Below, one piece after another: positions 25,833-39,089 of a stretch of DNA of 64,000 nucleotides. How positions within the stretch are numbered: position 1 is the first letter of the stretch; the number at the start of each line of letters is the position of its first letter. Location: assembly GCA_030390025.1 (NCBI GenBank), contig CM059433.1, forward strand, positions 8,186,001 through 8,250,000, read 5' to 3'. Made by a program: the position numbers and the translations under genes. This DNA comes from Squalus acanthias. Lineage: Eukaryota. The notes beneath the pieces were generated by a model. The model saw only the letters and a program-made list of their open reading frames with translations, did not search any database and was not told the origin of the DNA.

Positions 25833-26650
25833 CTCTTAGTGACTGTCTGGTGGAAGGACCAGGTGGCTCTATCTCAGGCCCCCTGAGAACTTACTGCTGG
25901 TTCTGATGCCCCACTACCTCCATGTGCTGGTGACTCAGATGATCCAACATTTGTGTAGGAATACCCTTGCGTTCTTCTGACCAGATGGCCAGAGACATTG
26001 AACGGCGAGCCTCTGGTGCTGATCTGAGAAGCCACCAGCTGTTCTCCTACATGCCTCTGCTGGAGGGCAAGCCCTTAAGCTGGCCACTGATCTGTCTGAG
26101 CGTAGACCCGGTGCACTCTTACCAGATGTGTAAATGGCTCGACGCCGGTTCTCCCACTTCTATCTCCAATTGCATTTAAGCCCACCTTGGTCACATTGTG
26201 CGTGTAAGACCTCAGCTGAGGGACAATCCACTGGTAGAATTAAGGAGAGATGTTCCTTCTGCTTTTGCTCTGTGTGCCTGAGGTCTCCCCTCCAGATGGA
26301 ACATGCTGCCCAACGGCAGATTGCCTTCTTCAGCTTTCCTTTTTGTGACCGTGCAAAACTCAGTGGTGCCCTTCCCCACAGAAATCAAGGCAGCTTCCAT
26401 CAGGAGTTACAAAAAGACATACAAGTCATTTTCATGAAACTGCTATTTGAAAGCTGGACCCATGAGCTTAGAATCTTGAGGCAATTCAATAAGGGTCAGT
26501 CAGTGTACCCCACCTCCGTGTATCAGCTGGCTGTCCTAGCTTTCTCTTCCTCAATTGCGATGTTTGTCGCACTCTGTAATGTCTCCTGTAGGTCATCTAA
26601 AAATTGATATTTCTGAGCTAGTGCGTAGTGGCGGTTGGAAGGTGATTGAT

Positions 26651-27140
26651 CGTAGAATGATACAGCACAGAAGGAGGCCATTCGGCCCGTTGTGCCTGTG
26701 CCGGCTCTTTGAAAGAGCTCTCCAATTAGTCCCATTGTCCCTGCTCTTTCCCCATAGCCACGCAAATTTTTCCTTTTCAAGCATTTGTCCAATTTCCCTT
26801 TTGAAAATTACTATTGAATCTGCTTCCACCGCCCTTTCAGGCAGCGCATTCCAAATCCTAACGATTCGCTGCATTAAAAAATTCTGCTCATGTCGCCTTT
26901 GGTTCTTCTGCCAATCACCTTAAATCTGTGTCTTCTGGTGACCGACCCTTCCACCAATGGGAACAGTTTCTCTCTAATCTACTCTGTCCAGACCCCTCAT
27001 GATTTTGAACACCTCGATCAAATCTCCCCTTAACCTTCTCTGCTCTAAGGAGAACAACCCCAGCTTCTCCAGTCTCTCCACGTCACTGAAGTCCCTCATC
27101 CCCGGTACCATTCTGCTAAATCTCCTCTGCACCCTCTCCG
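26651..27140 (-). mobile_element. CR1 3' fragment
   Basis: ORF 26593-26874 QRIVRIWNALPERAVEAD; tail present. Confidence 0.88.
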
Positions 27141-27614
27141 GGACCCGATGCAGAGTGTTTGTAACGTGGACTGAAGGCCCGAGGGACTGTCTTGCTCCTT
27201 CATGGACGCTTGGCTTTCTGTGAAAAGAGGAGACGGCAGACGATCAGTTCATAGTCATTGCTCAGCATCTTGGTAGAGCACTGCGGGGTCGACTTTTAAC
27301 CCCCGTACAATAGGGGCACGGAATCGGCGGCGCGAACCGACATCAAAAATCAACGTCTGCTTTGGGCCTCATCAGCCTAATTGAGGCAAGCTGCAGAGCA
27401 GCCAACGTGCGTCAGCAGGCAGCTCCCCACAACGTGAGGCGGGAAGCCCGGCAGCATCTTGGGCAAGCTGAGCCGGGGGTGAGCAGCTAAAAGGGGTTGA
27501 GACAAACCGATGGGGTGGGGAGTGGGGCTCACTCCCCCAGCCACCCCGCCCCCCACCCCTCCAATCTGGCGTGACTCTGCAACAGAACACAGGGAGCTCC
27601 CTTCCAAAATGTAA

Positions 27615-28139
27615 ACCAGTTCTGGTCGCCACACTATAGGAGGGATGTGATTGCATTGGAGAGGGTGCAGAGGAGATTCACCAGGATGTTACCTGGGCTG
27701 GAGCGCTTCAGCTATGAGGAGAGGCTGGATAGGCTGGGGTTGTTTTCCTTAGAGCAGAGAAGGCTGAGGGGGGACCTGATTGAGGTGTACAAAATTATGA
27801 GGGGCATAGATAGGGTAGATAGAAAGGAACTTTTCCCCTTAGTAGAGGGGTCAATAACCAGGGGGCATAGTTTCAAGGTTAGGGGCAGGAGGTTTAGAGG
27901 GGATTTGAGGAAAAACTTTTTCACCCAGAGGGTGGTTGGAATCTGGAACTCACTGCCTGAAAGGGTGGTAGAGGCAGGAACCCTCACAACATTCAAGAAG
28001 CATTTAGATGAGCACTTGAAACGCCATAGCATACAAGGCTACGGACCAAGTGCTGGAAAATGGGATTAGAATAGACAGGGCTTGATGGCCGGCGCGGACA
28101 CGATGGGCCGAAGGGCCTCTTTCTGTGCTGTATAACTCT
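27615..28139 (+). mobile_element. CR1 3' fragment
   Basis: ORF 27647-28069 IALERVQRRFTRMLPG...FFTQRVVGIWNSLP. Confidence 0.92.
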
Positions 28140-28819
28140 GGGCTGGATTTTCAATGACCCATGGAGTCGGGTTTGGAGGTGTGTGGGGGGTTAAAGTTGA
28201 AGATTCGGGGGTCCCGACCCCGTCCCGACTCCGTCCCGCCTCCAAGAGGCGGGAGAGGCCATTAAAGCCCTTAACAAGCCCTAAATTGGTTCTGTAATGC
28301 CATTTTGAAATGTTTTAGCTAGTTTGACGTGAAGTACGCCGGATGTGAAACATGCCAGTGAAACCTGGCGGGAGCACAAGTGGATAGCTGACTATCAGCT
28401 GCAGGTCCACTTTTACAACAGAGATGTGATGAAGGTAGTAGTAGTATTAGGTGTGAAAGTCGCCTCTGATGCTGCTGCATTGAATGTCTTCAGAGACTGC
28501 CTGGCCTTTGCTGTGAGAGGCCCTGGATGAAAAAATGCTCTCTCTCTCTCAGCTGCTGCTCATTTTGCATCCAGGTCCACTCACAGCAAAGGCCAGGCAG
28601 TCTCTGAGACCAGGCAGTCTCTGCAATGATGACATCATCAGAGGTGACTTTCAGACTGAAACCACTAATTGGTTCATGGGTTCCCACATGCTGGAACTCA
28701 ATTGCCCAATTAAGTTAAAATTGCATCATTCATCCACATTAATCTGGACTCGGGGGGGGGGGGCAACACGAAATGCAGATCACACGACCCCAACCCGACC
28801 CCAAGACAAAATCTAGCCC
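28140..28819. mobile_element. Harbinger-type MITE inserted in a CR1 tail
   Basis: TIRs gggctggatttt / aaaatctagccc; left end homologous to 63916-64000; no clear target duplication. Confidence 0.65.
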
Positions 28820-30451
28820 ATAATGACTCTAAATGTCCATCAGGCTGGTTCATTGGCTACGATCAGGGGGGTGGGGTGCACCTCTGTGGCGGATGGAAGT
28901 TCTGCCCCATCTCCACACACCTGAGATGCGAGACAATGAAAAGAGAAATGGGAAGTCCTGTCCTTTGGTGTTTACTGTCAGTTTCAGATCTCCAGAAACA
29001 TCTCTCAAAAAAACAGACCATCTGGTCAAAGGCCAAATGGCCGCCTATGCCAGGCTGGCGACCTTTAGGAATTCAGAATGACCCTCACTGATAATCTTTT
29101 CACTTTTCTTCAAGGCGGACACCTTCTCATTGGTATCTTTCTCTGCTCGGCGGGCGACAGGAACCATGTTTAGTTCCCGTGAGATCGCCTCAAAAACTTG
29201 TCTGTGTCCGGCTCCTATCGGTTGGTTGGTCTTCTGTCCCTTTCAGGCCATTCCTCCTCCAGTAATATCCAGGACCTCATCAGCAAACCAAAGGGCCGAC
29301 TTTAACCCCTCCCACCTACGCCCGACAAGAATAGGACGTATCCAGGGTTAAAACAGAGGCCGCGTTATCCCACTCTGGGATGGCTGCGCTCTCGTGCCTG
29401 CCGCCTTTTTAATAGGCGTGTTTCGGGCCTCACTGCAAAGGTCGGGGGGGTCTATGACGCAAATGGGACCCCAACGTGATCTTAGGGCGCAGTCAGGTGA
29501 GTGGCACCCAGTGGAAGAGCAGACAGTCCTGCTGGCAAGCAGGAGGAGGCCCAAATGTAGGCCGGGAAGGTGCTTTTTTTTGGTGGGGCGAGGGGTTCCT
29601 TGTGGGCCAGGAGGAGCAGGGGTGCTGCTTCTCTGGGTCTCACAAGGAAACCTTGGGCGTCCGTGCCCTGGGCTTCCCTCCACCGACCCAGTCGGACCAT
29701 CTCTCCGTACTCACCCACAATCTACTTATCTTAGTGATGGGGACCGGTTTGTGCGGGTCCCTGGCGGCAGCCTCCTTCTTCCCGAAATCCTGCTCCTGTC
29801 CACTGGTCAGGTACTGATTCCTGCCAGGGTCAGGTGTGGGGACTCACCTGGGAGATGGTAATGAGGCCGGGAAGCTCAAATGGCCCGGGCCTCACTTCCC
29901 CCACCCCCACCCCCACCAACCAGGTAGTCGTTACTATTTATGGAGTTCACTGATGTTTCCTGGTCATGAACAGCACTAAAAGAATGATTGAAATGTGGTT
30001 CAGCAGAGATGATCACTGGTCAACATGGTGATAGTGAGGAAAAGCTACTGCGATACATTTTCAGGATTAGATGGGTGAGCCCACCAAATGTTTGTCCCGA
30101 CAGTCACCTGGCTAGAAGTACGGTACTGTTACAAGGGAAGATGTTTTAATTTCCTTTGGAGTCAACATCCCCTATGAGATGAACAAATTTGATCTGCTGT
30201 CCTTAATTTAACAAGGTAATTAATTAGATTAACTCATTAACTGCCAGATCTGGCACTCGGCGTGAGTCCAACTGGAGTATCTGCCTCTGTCGAGTTGCAC
30301 CCAACGATATGAGTTACAGCATCTGACAATCCCAACATCAACGACACTAGAGTTTAGGTCATTAAAAAAAAAACAATAAGCACAAATCATTCATAACTAG
30401 ATTATTTTAATGAACACTTTCTTAAAAAAAAGCATGATGAAATCCTACCCT

Positions 30452-30836
30452 TGATCTTATTGAAACATATAAGATACTGAGGGGGCTCGACAAGGTAGAT
30501 GCAGAGAGGATGTTTCCCCTCGTGGGGAAATCTAGAACTCGGGGGCACAGTTTCAGAATAAAGGGTCGCCCTTTTAGAACTGAGATGAGGAGGAATTTCT
30601 TCTCTCTGAGGGTCGTAAATCTGTGGAATTCTCTGCCCCAGAGAGCCGTGGAGGCTGGGTCATTAAATACATTTAAGGTGGAGAGAGACAGATTTTTGCA
30701 AGATAAGGGAGTGAAGGGTTATGGGGAGCGGGTAGGGAAGTGGCTTTGAGCCCAAGATCAGCCATGATCTTACTGAATGGCGGAGCAGGCTCGAGGGGCC
30801 AAGTGGCCTATTCCTGCTCCTATTTCTTATGTTCTT
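30452..30836 (+). mobile_element. CR1 3' fragment
   Basis: ORF 30510-30749; same subfamily as 4961-5420. Confidence 0.92.
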
Positions 30837-31179
30837 GCAGTGAGCTTGGTTATGGGGGTGGAGGGGAAGGAAAGCAAAATACCTTATTCAGAGGAACAAC
30901 AAAGAAACTTCCTAAAAAAAAGTGAATGAAAGACAAAATAAAAAATTGTGGCCAGGGTTGGCTCAGTGTCAATCATTTTCAGAGCTTTGGTTTGAGTTTT
31001 ATTTTGATTGCCGTGTTAGAAATGACAGATTGGGAAGATATTGGATTTGTCATTAGTTTAATTCCAGCATAAGAACCCTACAATGGGAAAAGGTCATTCA
31101 ACTCATCAACTCCACTCCTTCCACAGACCACATGCAACCTACCCCGTCAGGGACCATGCCCAAACCATTTAAAGAAATA

Positions 31180-31640
31180 GAAAAGAAAAGATAGTCTTGT
31201 ATTTCTATAGCGCCTTTCACAACCTCGGGACATATCGAAGCGCTTTACAGCCAATGAAGTACTTTTGAAGTGTAGTCACTGTTGTAATGTGGGAAACGCG
31301 GCAGCCAGTTTGCAACACAGCAAGCTCCCACAAACAGCAATGTGATAATGACCAGGTAATCTGTTTTTAGTGATATTGTTTGAGGGATAAATATTGGCCA
31401 GGACACCGGGGAGAACTCCCTTGCTCTTCTTCAAATAGTGGCCTTGGGATCTTTTACGTCCACCTGAGAGAGCAGACGGGGCCTCAGTTTAATGTCTCAT
31501 CCAAAAGATGGCACCTCCGACATTGCAGCACTCCCTCAGCACTGCACTGGAGTGCTAACCTGAATTATGTGCTTAAGTTTCTTGAACCCACAACCTTCTA
31601 ACTCAGAGGCGAGAGTGCTACCCCTGAACCACAGCTGACA
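31180..31640 (-). mobile_element. Full-length DeuSINE (more diverged)
   Basis: Aligns end to end with the reverse complement of 5782-6240. Confidence 0.85.
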
Positions 31641-33250
31641 CACTCTTTTACAAATTCACACTCCAATGATTTTTCTCGATAGAATATCTTGGGGGGGAGG
31701 CTGGGGGTGGGGGGGGGGGCTCTTGCCCAAATTCCCAATATGCAACCGGGAAAAGGAGGGGGGGTGGGGGCGCGGGGGGGGGGGGGGGGGGGGGACGATT
31801 CTCTATGCTGGGAGCACAGTTTTTATAAAATTACCCCATTAATCTCTGCACAAATGCTTCAAGATCCACAAAGGTAATCAAGCAAAACTCTGGAACACTC
31901 ATCTATCCTCACATTTCCACTATTGAATCCTGGCTTTGCTGTACTTGGTAGGCAGTATTCCCCTTTCCCCAGCCCAGCATATTTTGTGAAGTATTTGATT
32001 TTCTCAGACGTTACCTATCTCTACAATCTCCAAACTTACGCACATAATACAGCAGAATCAGAATAATGAGTCCTTTCAGGCCCAACTAAAATGCTTGCAT
32101 TGAACCTTGGCGTGTACTTCGCCAAGTTTCCTTGGATAGAACTGGGAAGCAGAAGTGGGGGGGGTTACAAAGTTCTTCTGTAAAATTTCCCTAAAAGCGA
32201 CAACTTCATTTCAAAACCAGAATAAAAACTCACTCAGCGTGCACTCTTACAGTTTCAAAGCTATTAGGGGAAAACAAAAGTTATCAGGAAGTAACACATT
32301 ATGAACAGATACTGTGTAAGATTTATGCCTGAAATAGAGGCGCCAGAAGCTGTAACTCAGTCGACTTTTCATCAGCTGATTAAGCATGACAGATGAGTCA
32401 AACAGTTGACCTTTATTTGGCTGGGAAAAAGTGAAATGACCTCTCTTTAACCTCCTTGTTGGATAGAATACTTCCTAATTGTAAAGGAACTGCCCCAAAG
32501 CCAAAGAGGAAATACAAGTCTAAAAAATAAAACTATGACTGAAGTAATAACAATAGATCAGCATTATATTAATAAGACATAAGAAGTGTGTTATGCCAAA
32601 GATTTTGGAGTGTATTTTCTATGGTGTCAGATGATGACCTATAGGCAATGCATGTTATATCAAAGATCGAGGTAGATCAGTGTTCTAGTGAGGCTCGTCT
32701 CAGTATTTAGAGTATTGGGTGCCAATCAATCATCATTAATTATTTCAATTATCTCTAATGAAATTGTTGTTACGCTACCTACTGCTCCCCCTTGAAGTGT
32801 TTAGTTTATGTCATTCATTTAATAATGTGACATCAGACATAGTTTCGACATACGATTCCTGTTCTTAATACAGTCTCTGTGCGTTTGAACACAAATCCAT
32901 AAATATGGCTGCTGGTGGCTGCTAAAGGTTTTTAACAATCTGCCTTTGGGGCACGAGGGCGGAAGGCACCTTACGGTGGCGAAGTGACCTTTGTCGTAGA
33001 AGAAAAAAAGTGTCGTGAGGTCACAGGAAGCACATTTCATAATGAGCCCTAATTACTCAAGCAAGTGTATGTAATCCCTTTTCACCAACTCCCCATCACC
33101 TCAGCCTCAGCCTCAGCTGCAGTTATTTGTGCGCAGGAGAAAGTTATTAAGAAGAAACAAAAGGGGAAAGGTTGGACAAAAATACCTACGCAGTCACTTC
33201 TAACCTGTGCCATCACTGTGAGACACAATATGAATGTGCATTGCCCATAA

Positions 33251-33715
33251 AAAGAAAGACTTGCATTTATATGGCGCCTTTCACGACCACCGGACATCTC
33301 AAAGCGCTTCACAGCCAATGAAATACTTTTTGAAGTGGAGTGACTGTTGTAATGTGGAAATGTGTCAGCCAATTTGCGCACAGCAAGGTCCCACAAACAG
33401 CAATGTGATAATGACCAGATAATCTGTTTTTGTTATACTGTTTGAGGGATAAATATTGGCCAGGACACCAGGGAGAGCTCCCCTGCTCTTCTTCAAATAG
33501 CACCATGGGATCTATTTACGTCCACCTGAGAGAGCAGACGGGGGCTCGGTTTAACGTCTCATCCGAAAGACGGCGCCTCCGACAGTGCGGCACTCCCTCA
33601 GCACTGCACTGGAGTGTCAGCTGAGCTTTATGTGCTCAAGTCTCTGGAGTGAGACTTGAACCCACAACCTTCTGACTCAGAGGCGAGTGTGCTACCCACT
33701 GAGCCACGGCTGACA
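33251..33715 (-). mobile_element. Full-length DeuSINE
   Basis: Aligns end to end with the reverse complement of 5782-6240. Confidence 0.88.
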
Positions 33716-33893
33716 TTTGCTGTGAGATATGGAAATATACCAGTGGAAAATCTTTAACAAACTCAAACGCTAAATAACTAGATTTGCACAAGTAAAATAC
33801 TGACTAGACTCAAATTTTATTTCTTTGTTTATTTTTTTTGCTTCTCTAGGTTTCTGCCCTCTTCTGCTGGAAGTGCTGACTCAAACTGGGTGC

Positions 33894-35616
33894 TGTAAGG
33901 GATTCCTGACCCTGCGTGTCTCGCGGCCTGTGAGATTCACGCGGCTCTGTGCAGCCTGTATGTCAGTGCGGGTCTAGGCCTTGTTGCCTGTTCTGGTCTC
34001 CAGCCAGCCTGGGAACACTAGACACACCTGTGAGTGGTTCGAATCACTCTCCCTTACGGTTCTAGACACTGGACTTAGATGCAAGAGCAGTAATGGAGAT
34101 AAAACTCATGTAGGCTTGGTTTGACTGGTACGAAATGGAAAATCTTTATTGCATGATACTTAAAATTATGAAATACATGTCATAAGCACAGATTAATGAC
34201 AGTACAATCTTACAAACAGTTATATAGTCGATCTTAGGGAAACGAGGAACGAACGGCACAAAGTAAATAGGGGCACACATTACAAATATCCTTAATTCTT
34301 AAACCCTCCCCTATTAATATCTATCCTAAACTAGATTCGTAGGATCTCGAGACTCATGCTCACCACTCGTGATAACTCGGAGAAATTCCGAATAGCTGAT
34401 CGGATGTTTTTCACCGCAGCACCCACGTGTCGGTCAGGAGATCTCCTGGTCCCACTTGTTTACTTGCTTCTGCTGCTCCGACTAGCAGGCTGGACCGTCT
34501 GCTGTGATGAAGACCTGTGTTGGTTGGCTTAACAGGTACTCTTGGAGCACAGTTGTCAATATCATCGATACGATGTGTTTTCACGTTCCAGTTACCCTGG
34601 ACACAGTCCCGTTATCGTCGATGCAATATGTTTTGTTAAAAGTTCAAAAGAGAAATCTTCCTGGCGAGGAAAACTTGGCTAATCGACCTACAGGCGCGGT
34701 CGGGATTTACTGACCGTGGCGATGGATATGGTCTTCCTCTCTTCTCATCTCATCTCATCTCATCTCATCTCATCTCGGGCCTTTGGTTCCGCTGCCAGTT
34801 ACCAACATAGGTCTTCGTTACGCGACACGAGGTAGATCCGAACGGATCAGAAAGTTCAACAGTCTTTTCAGAAGAGGCAACAGGCAAGCAGAAGCCCAAC
34901 TACGAGTACACAGGAGCAGCCACGAGGTTACGAATCGACCGGATAAAAACACAGGAGCAAGCGAGCGAATGCAAGAGCAAGAGAGAGAATGGACGGTTTG
35001 GAGCCTGCAATTATAGTGCAAAAATCTTCCGTTTCCCGCCCAACTATAATGTCCATTCTTTTGTTTAGGGTTTGGCGCCCAAATGTCTTGTATGGGTGAT
35101 CTCCGTTCTTAATGGGTTTCGGGGCTACTCGTAAATGTCTGAGTACCTGTTAATATTTCTCCCATTGTTAAATCGGTCGGTGTTCTCCCTGGAGGGGTTT
35201 GGGGCTTCCAAGTGTCCTGTATAACTACCTGCTAACGGCTCTCTCATCGTAGAGTCGTTGGGATTTTACATATTAATGTCTTTTGGATGGGCCCTTGAGT
35301 ACTTGGTACAATGGCTTTCCTTTGTACCTGGGAGACCGATTCCAGTATCTATGTTTATACTGCAAACCCATAATGTCTCGTGTATTATCTTCACTGTGCT
35401 GAATCGTAATCGATCTTGCACAAATGTTTATTGGAACGCCATCTTGTCTGCCTGTTGAAAAGTCTAGAATGTTCTGTCACGAGGTGCGGCGGCCATTTTA
35501 CAGGCTGCTTGTGTCCAATTTAAACCTGCCAGCATTCTGCTGAAATAAAAGCTGTTTGAACGAAACTTTGTGTTTTCTCCTTATTAATCACATCGCGATA
35601 TATTGCGAATTCTACA
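33894..35616 (-). mobile_element. Solo LTR (Gypsy- or ERV-type), 1.72 kb
   Basis: Termini TGTA...TACA, 4-bp duplication GTGC (33890-33893 and 35617-35620), AATAAA on - at ~34145-34150, CpG-rich, (TCTCA)n tract near 34744-34776, no coding remnant. Confidence 0.75.
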
Positions 35617-35763
35617 GTGCTTTGTTGCCGGGCACCCACTGGTAGTTCACCCATGTGGCATTCTTCGTGTGTGAGCCTAGCGTGAGCTGTCAGGGTGTTT
35701 GGCTAAACGGAGCACCCCAGCTGAAACCAATCCTGTCCGCACACGGGCGCTCCCCAGCAGCAA

Positions 35764-36265
35764 TCACTTGCCTGGATGAGTGCAGCTCCAACAACACTCA
35801 AGAAGCTCGACATCATCCAGGACAAAGCAGCCCGCTTGATTGGCACCCCATCCACCACCTTAAACATTCACTCCCTCCACCACCAGCGTACCGTGGCTGC
35901 AGTGTGCACCATCTACAAGATGCACTGCAGCAACTCGCCAAGGCTTCTTCGACAGCACCTCCCAAACCCGCGACCTCTTCCACCTAGAAGGACAAGGGCA
36001 GCAGGCGCATGGGAACACCACCACCTCCAAGTTCCCCTCCAAGTGACACACCATCCTGACTTGGAAATATATCGCCGTTCCTTCATCGTCGCTGGGTCAA
36101 AATCCTGGAACTCCCTCCCTAACAGCACTGTGGGAGCACCTTCACCACACGGACTGCAGCGGTTCAAGGCGGTGGCTCACCACCACCTTCTCAAAGGCAA
36201 CTAGGGATGGGCAATAAATGCTGGCCTTGCCAGCGACACCCACACCCCATAAAAACAAATTAAAA
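35764..36265 (+). mobile_element. Second non-LTR family 3' fragment
   Basis: ORF 35776-36204 is nearly the same as 14686-15162; same 3' UTR. Confidence 0.82.
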
Positions 36266-36359
36266 AATATAAATTAAAAAAATCACTCGAGGGCCATCAT
36301 AAGCAGGATTGTCAATTTTTGCTTTTTCCCATCCCCAGCACACTGGGACAAAGTCTAGC

Positions 36360-36488
36360 ACCCCTGCCATCAGCTCTAAGATTAGCCAGATCAGCACAGA
36401 TTGGGATCAAACCTGGGGACCTTCCTGATCTGTGTAGCTCACTTCCACAATTGGCAGTGAACTGACCAACTGAACCATCGAGGGAGCT
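36360..36488 (-). mobile_element. Old tRNA-derived SINE head
   Basis: On the - strand, tggttcagttgg (A box) ... ggtttgatccc (B box); family not identified. Confidence 0.4.
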
Positions 36489-36774
36489 CAAACATTATCT
36501 ACAACAAAGATTTCACAAAATTGACATAAGGTGAGCTAAACTAGATTCAGAGACATTTTTTTTAAAGAAATCAGTCATTGTATCTCCACACACAATCCCC
36601 AATTTTCCCCTCTTGACTATATGGTTTCTAATTTAGGATATTTTTCCCCCATTGCTCATACAGTGCTAACTGCCTCACTCAGATTTTCCTTGGCAGCATC
36701 AGAAAACTCAACAGATTCCCAAAAAGATTCACCCCGGAGTTTTTTTTTTAAATGGACGTGAAGAAGCAATTTTA

Positions 36775-36873
36775 AAAATTTATTTTGCGGATGTGGGCGT
36801 CGCCGGCAAGGCCAGCATTTATTGCCAATCCCTAGTTGCCCTTGAGAAAGTGATGGTGGGCCTTCTTCTTGAA
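36775..36873 (-). mobile_element. Second non-LTR family 3' UTR fragment
   Basis: gatgtgggcgtcgccggcaaggccagcatttattgcc is the reverse complement of the UTR at 15230-15280. Confidence 0.78.
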
Positions 36874-36874
36874 C

Positions 36875-37640
36875 CACATAGCACAGAATAAGGAGGCCAC
36901 ATACTCCTTGGAAAATAAGAGTCTAAATGGGGTAGAGGAGCAGAGAGACGTGAGGGTACAGATATACAAATCGCTAAAAGTAGCAACATAGGTCATTAAA
37001 AAAAAACAAAGCACTGGAGTACATTTCTAGAGGGATAGAATTGAAAAGCAGAGAAGTGACGTTAACCTTGTGTCGAACCTTGGTCAGACCACACTTGAAT
37101 TAGCGTGCACAGCTCTAGTCTCCATATTATAAAAAGGATATAGAGGCACTGGAGTGGGTGCAAAAAGATTTACAAGGGTGATACCAGAACTGAGAGGTTA
37201 TACTTATCAGGAAAGATTGAACAGGCTGGGGCTCTTTTCTCTAGAAAAGAGAAGGCTGAGGGGTGACCCGATAGAGGTCTTTAAGATTATGAAGGGGTTT
37301 GATAGGGTAGAGGTCGAGGAGATATTTCCACTTGTGGGGGAGACCAGAACTAGGGGCCATCAATATAAGATAGTCACCAATAAATTCAATACGGAATTCA
37401 GAAGAAACTTATTTACCCAGAGAGTGGTGAGAATGTGGAACTCGCTACCACAGGGAGTGGTTGAGGTGAATAGCACAGACACACTTAAGGGGAAGCTAGA
37501 TAAAAACATGAGGGAGAAAGGAATAGATAGATCGGTTGATAATGTTAGATGAAGAGGGGTGTGAGGTGGCTCATGTAGGGCATAAACACTGGCATGGACC
37601 TGTTGGTCCGAATGGCTTGGTTCTGTGCGGTAAATACTCT
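36875..37640 (+). mobile_element. CR1 3' fragment (tail resumes at 43038-43056)
   Basis: ORF 37154-37552; tail ...gtaaatactct | Harbinger | tctgtaattctatgtaa. Confidence 0.88.
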
Positions 37641-38537
37641 GGCCGCGATTTCCCCAACCTCGGCGGGTCCGGTGTGGCCGGGGTTGGTGGTGGGTCCTGG
37701 CCTTGCTGCTGGCTCCAGCCCGCTGTCCAAAGTGACCTTACGCTGATTGGGCTTGTTAAGCCTGCCCAGCACATTTCCCAGACAACTGAAGGAAGCAGGT
37801 CTGATGACGTCACTTGATGACGCGCCATCAGCCAGTTTCCTTAAAGGGACCATGCACAAATTGATTTTGACAGTTCTGTTGTCAGTGTTCTACAGCATTG
37901 AGGTGCTGCAAACACTGACAATCACTGCACAGAGGTGCACGGCTGCACCCAGGCTCTCCCATGACTCACTCCATATGCTTATGGAGGGAGTCACAGCACG
38001 CAGGGAGGTTCTCTTCCCTTCCAATGGGCGGAAGAGACCTCCCCATGAGATCAACACAGCCTGGTTGCACATTGCACAGGAGGGCACAAGCAGGGATGTC
38101 GTCAGGAGGACCAGGTTGCAGTGGCGCAAACCTTTCAATGATCTCAGTAGATCACGAAACGTTACTGCAAAGCCACACTCAACCTCATTCTGCTGTGCCA
38201 CTCATCACATCCCCATCACTCTGCCTTCCCTACCCTACTCCTGCACATCTTTACTCACACCAACTTACCTTGCACCTCCACCCATCCCTCTCTATCTATA
38301 TTATCACATCCCCATCTCACTAGCCACTCCTCACACTCACCCTCATCCTAGTCCAATCATACCAACTAACAACACACAAGGGTAGGCACTTGGGTGTTTG
38401 ATCCAATGTTCATGTAAAGTTTCTGTTAATGTGGTGTCAAACATTAAATTCTTTATTTTCACCACTTTGCGTTCTTGGACAGATTTGTGCGCACCTTTGG
38501 AAGCAGCTTAGTGAGTTGCAGTGAATGGTGAGACAGG

Positions 38538-39089
38538 ATGGGAGATGCTGCTGCACAGGATGGGAGGAAAAAGAGCAGGAGAGCTATAGTGATAGGGGAT
38601 TCTACTGTAAGGGGAATAGACAGGTGTTTCTGCTGTCGCAAACGAGACTCCAGGATGGTATGTTGCCTCCCTGGTGCAAGGGTCAAGGATGTCTCGGAGC
38701 GGCTGCAGGGCATTCTGGAGGGGGAGGGTGAACAGCCAGTTGTCGTGATGTATATGGGTACCAACGATAGAGATAAAAAATGGGATGAGGTCCTAAAAGC
38801 TGAATATAGGGAGTTAGGAGGTAAATTAAAAAATAGGACCTCAAAGGTAGTAATCTCAGAATTGCTACCAGTGCCACGTGCTAGTCAGAGTAGAAATAGC
38901 AGGATATTTCAGATGAATACGTGGCTAGAGGAATGGTGCATGGGGGAGGGATTCAAATTCCTGGGACATTGGAACCGGTTCTGGGGGAGGTGGGACCAGT
39001 ACAAACTGGACGGTTTGCACCTGGGCAGGACCGGGACCGATGTCCTAGGCGGAGTGTTTGCTAGTGCTATTGGGGAGGGTTTAAACTAA
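38538..39089 (+). pseudogene. CR1 ORF1 C-terminal SGNH/GDSL esterase-like domain
   Basis: IVIGDS, LPGA, GTND and DGLHL blocks typical of the CR1 ORF1 esterase. Confidence 0.85.

Noticed and set aside
25850..26650. Coding-like stretch on the - strand (LAQKYQFLDDLQETLQSATNIAIEEEK)
   Set aside because: Stops in the frames I read and no family recognised; BLASTX would be needed to call it a pseudogene or TE fossil.
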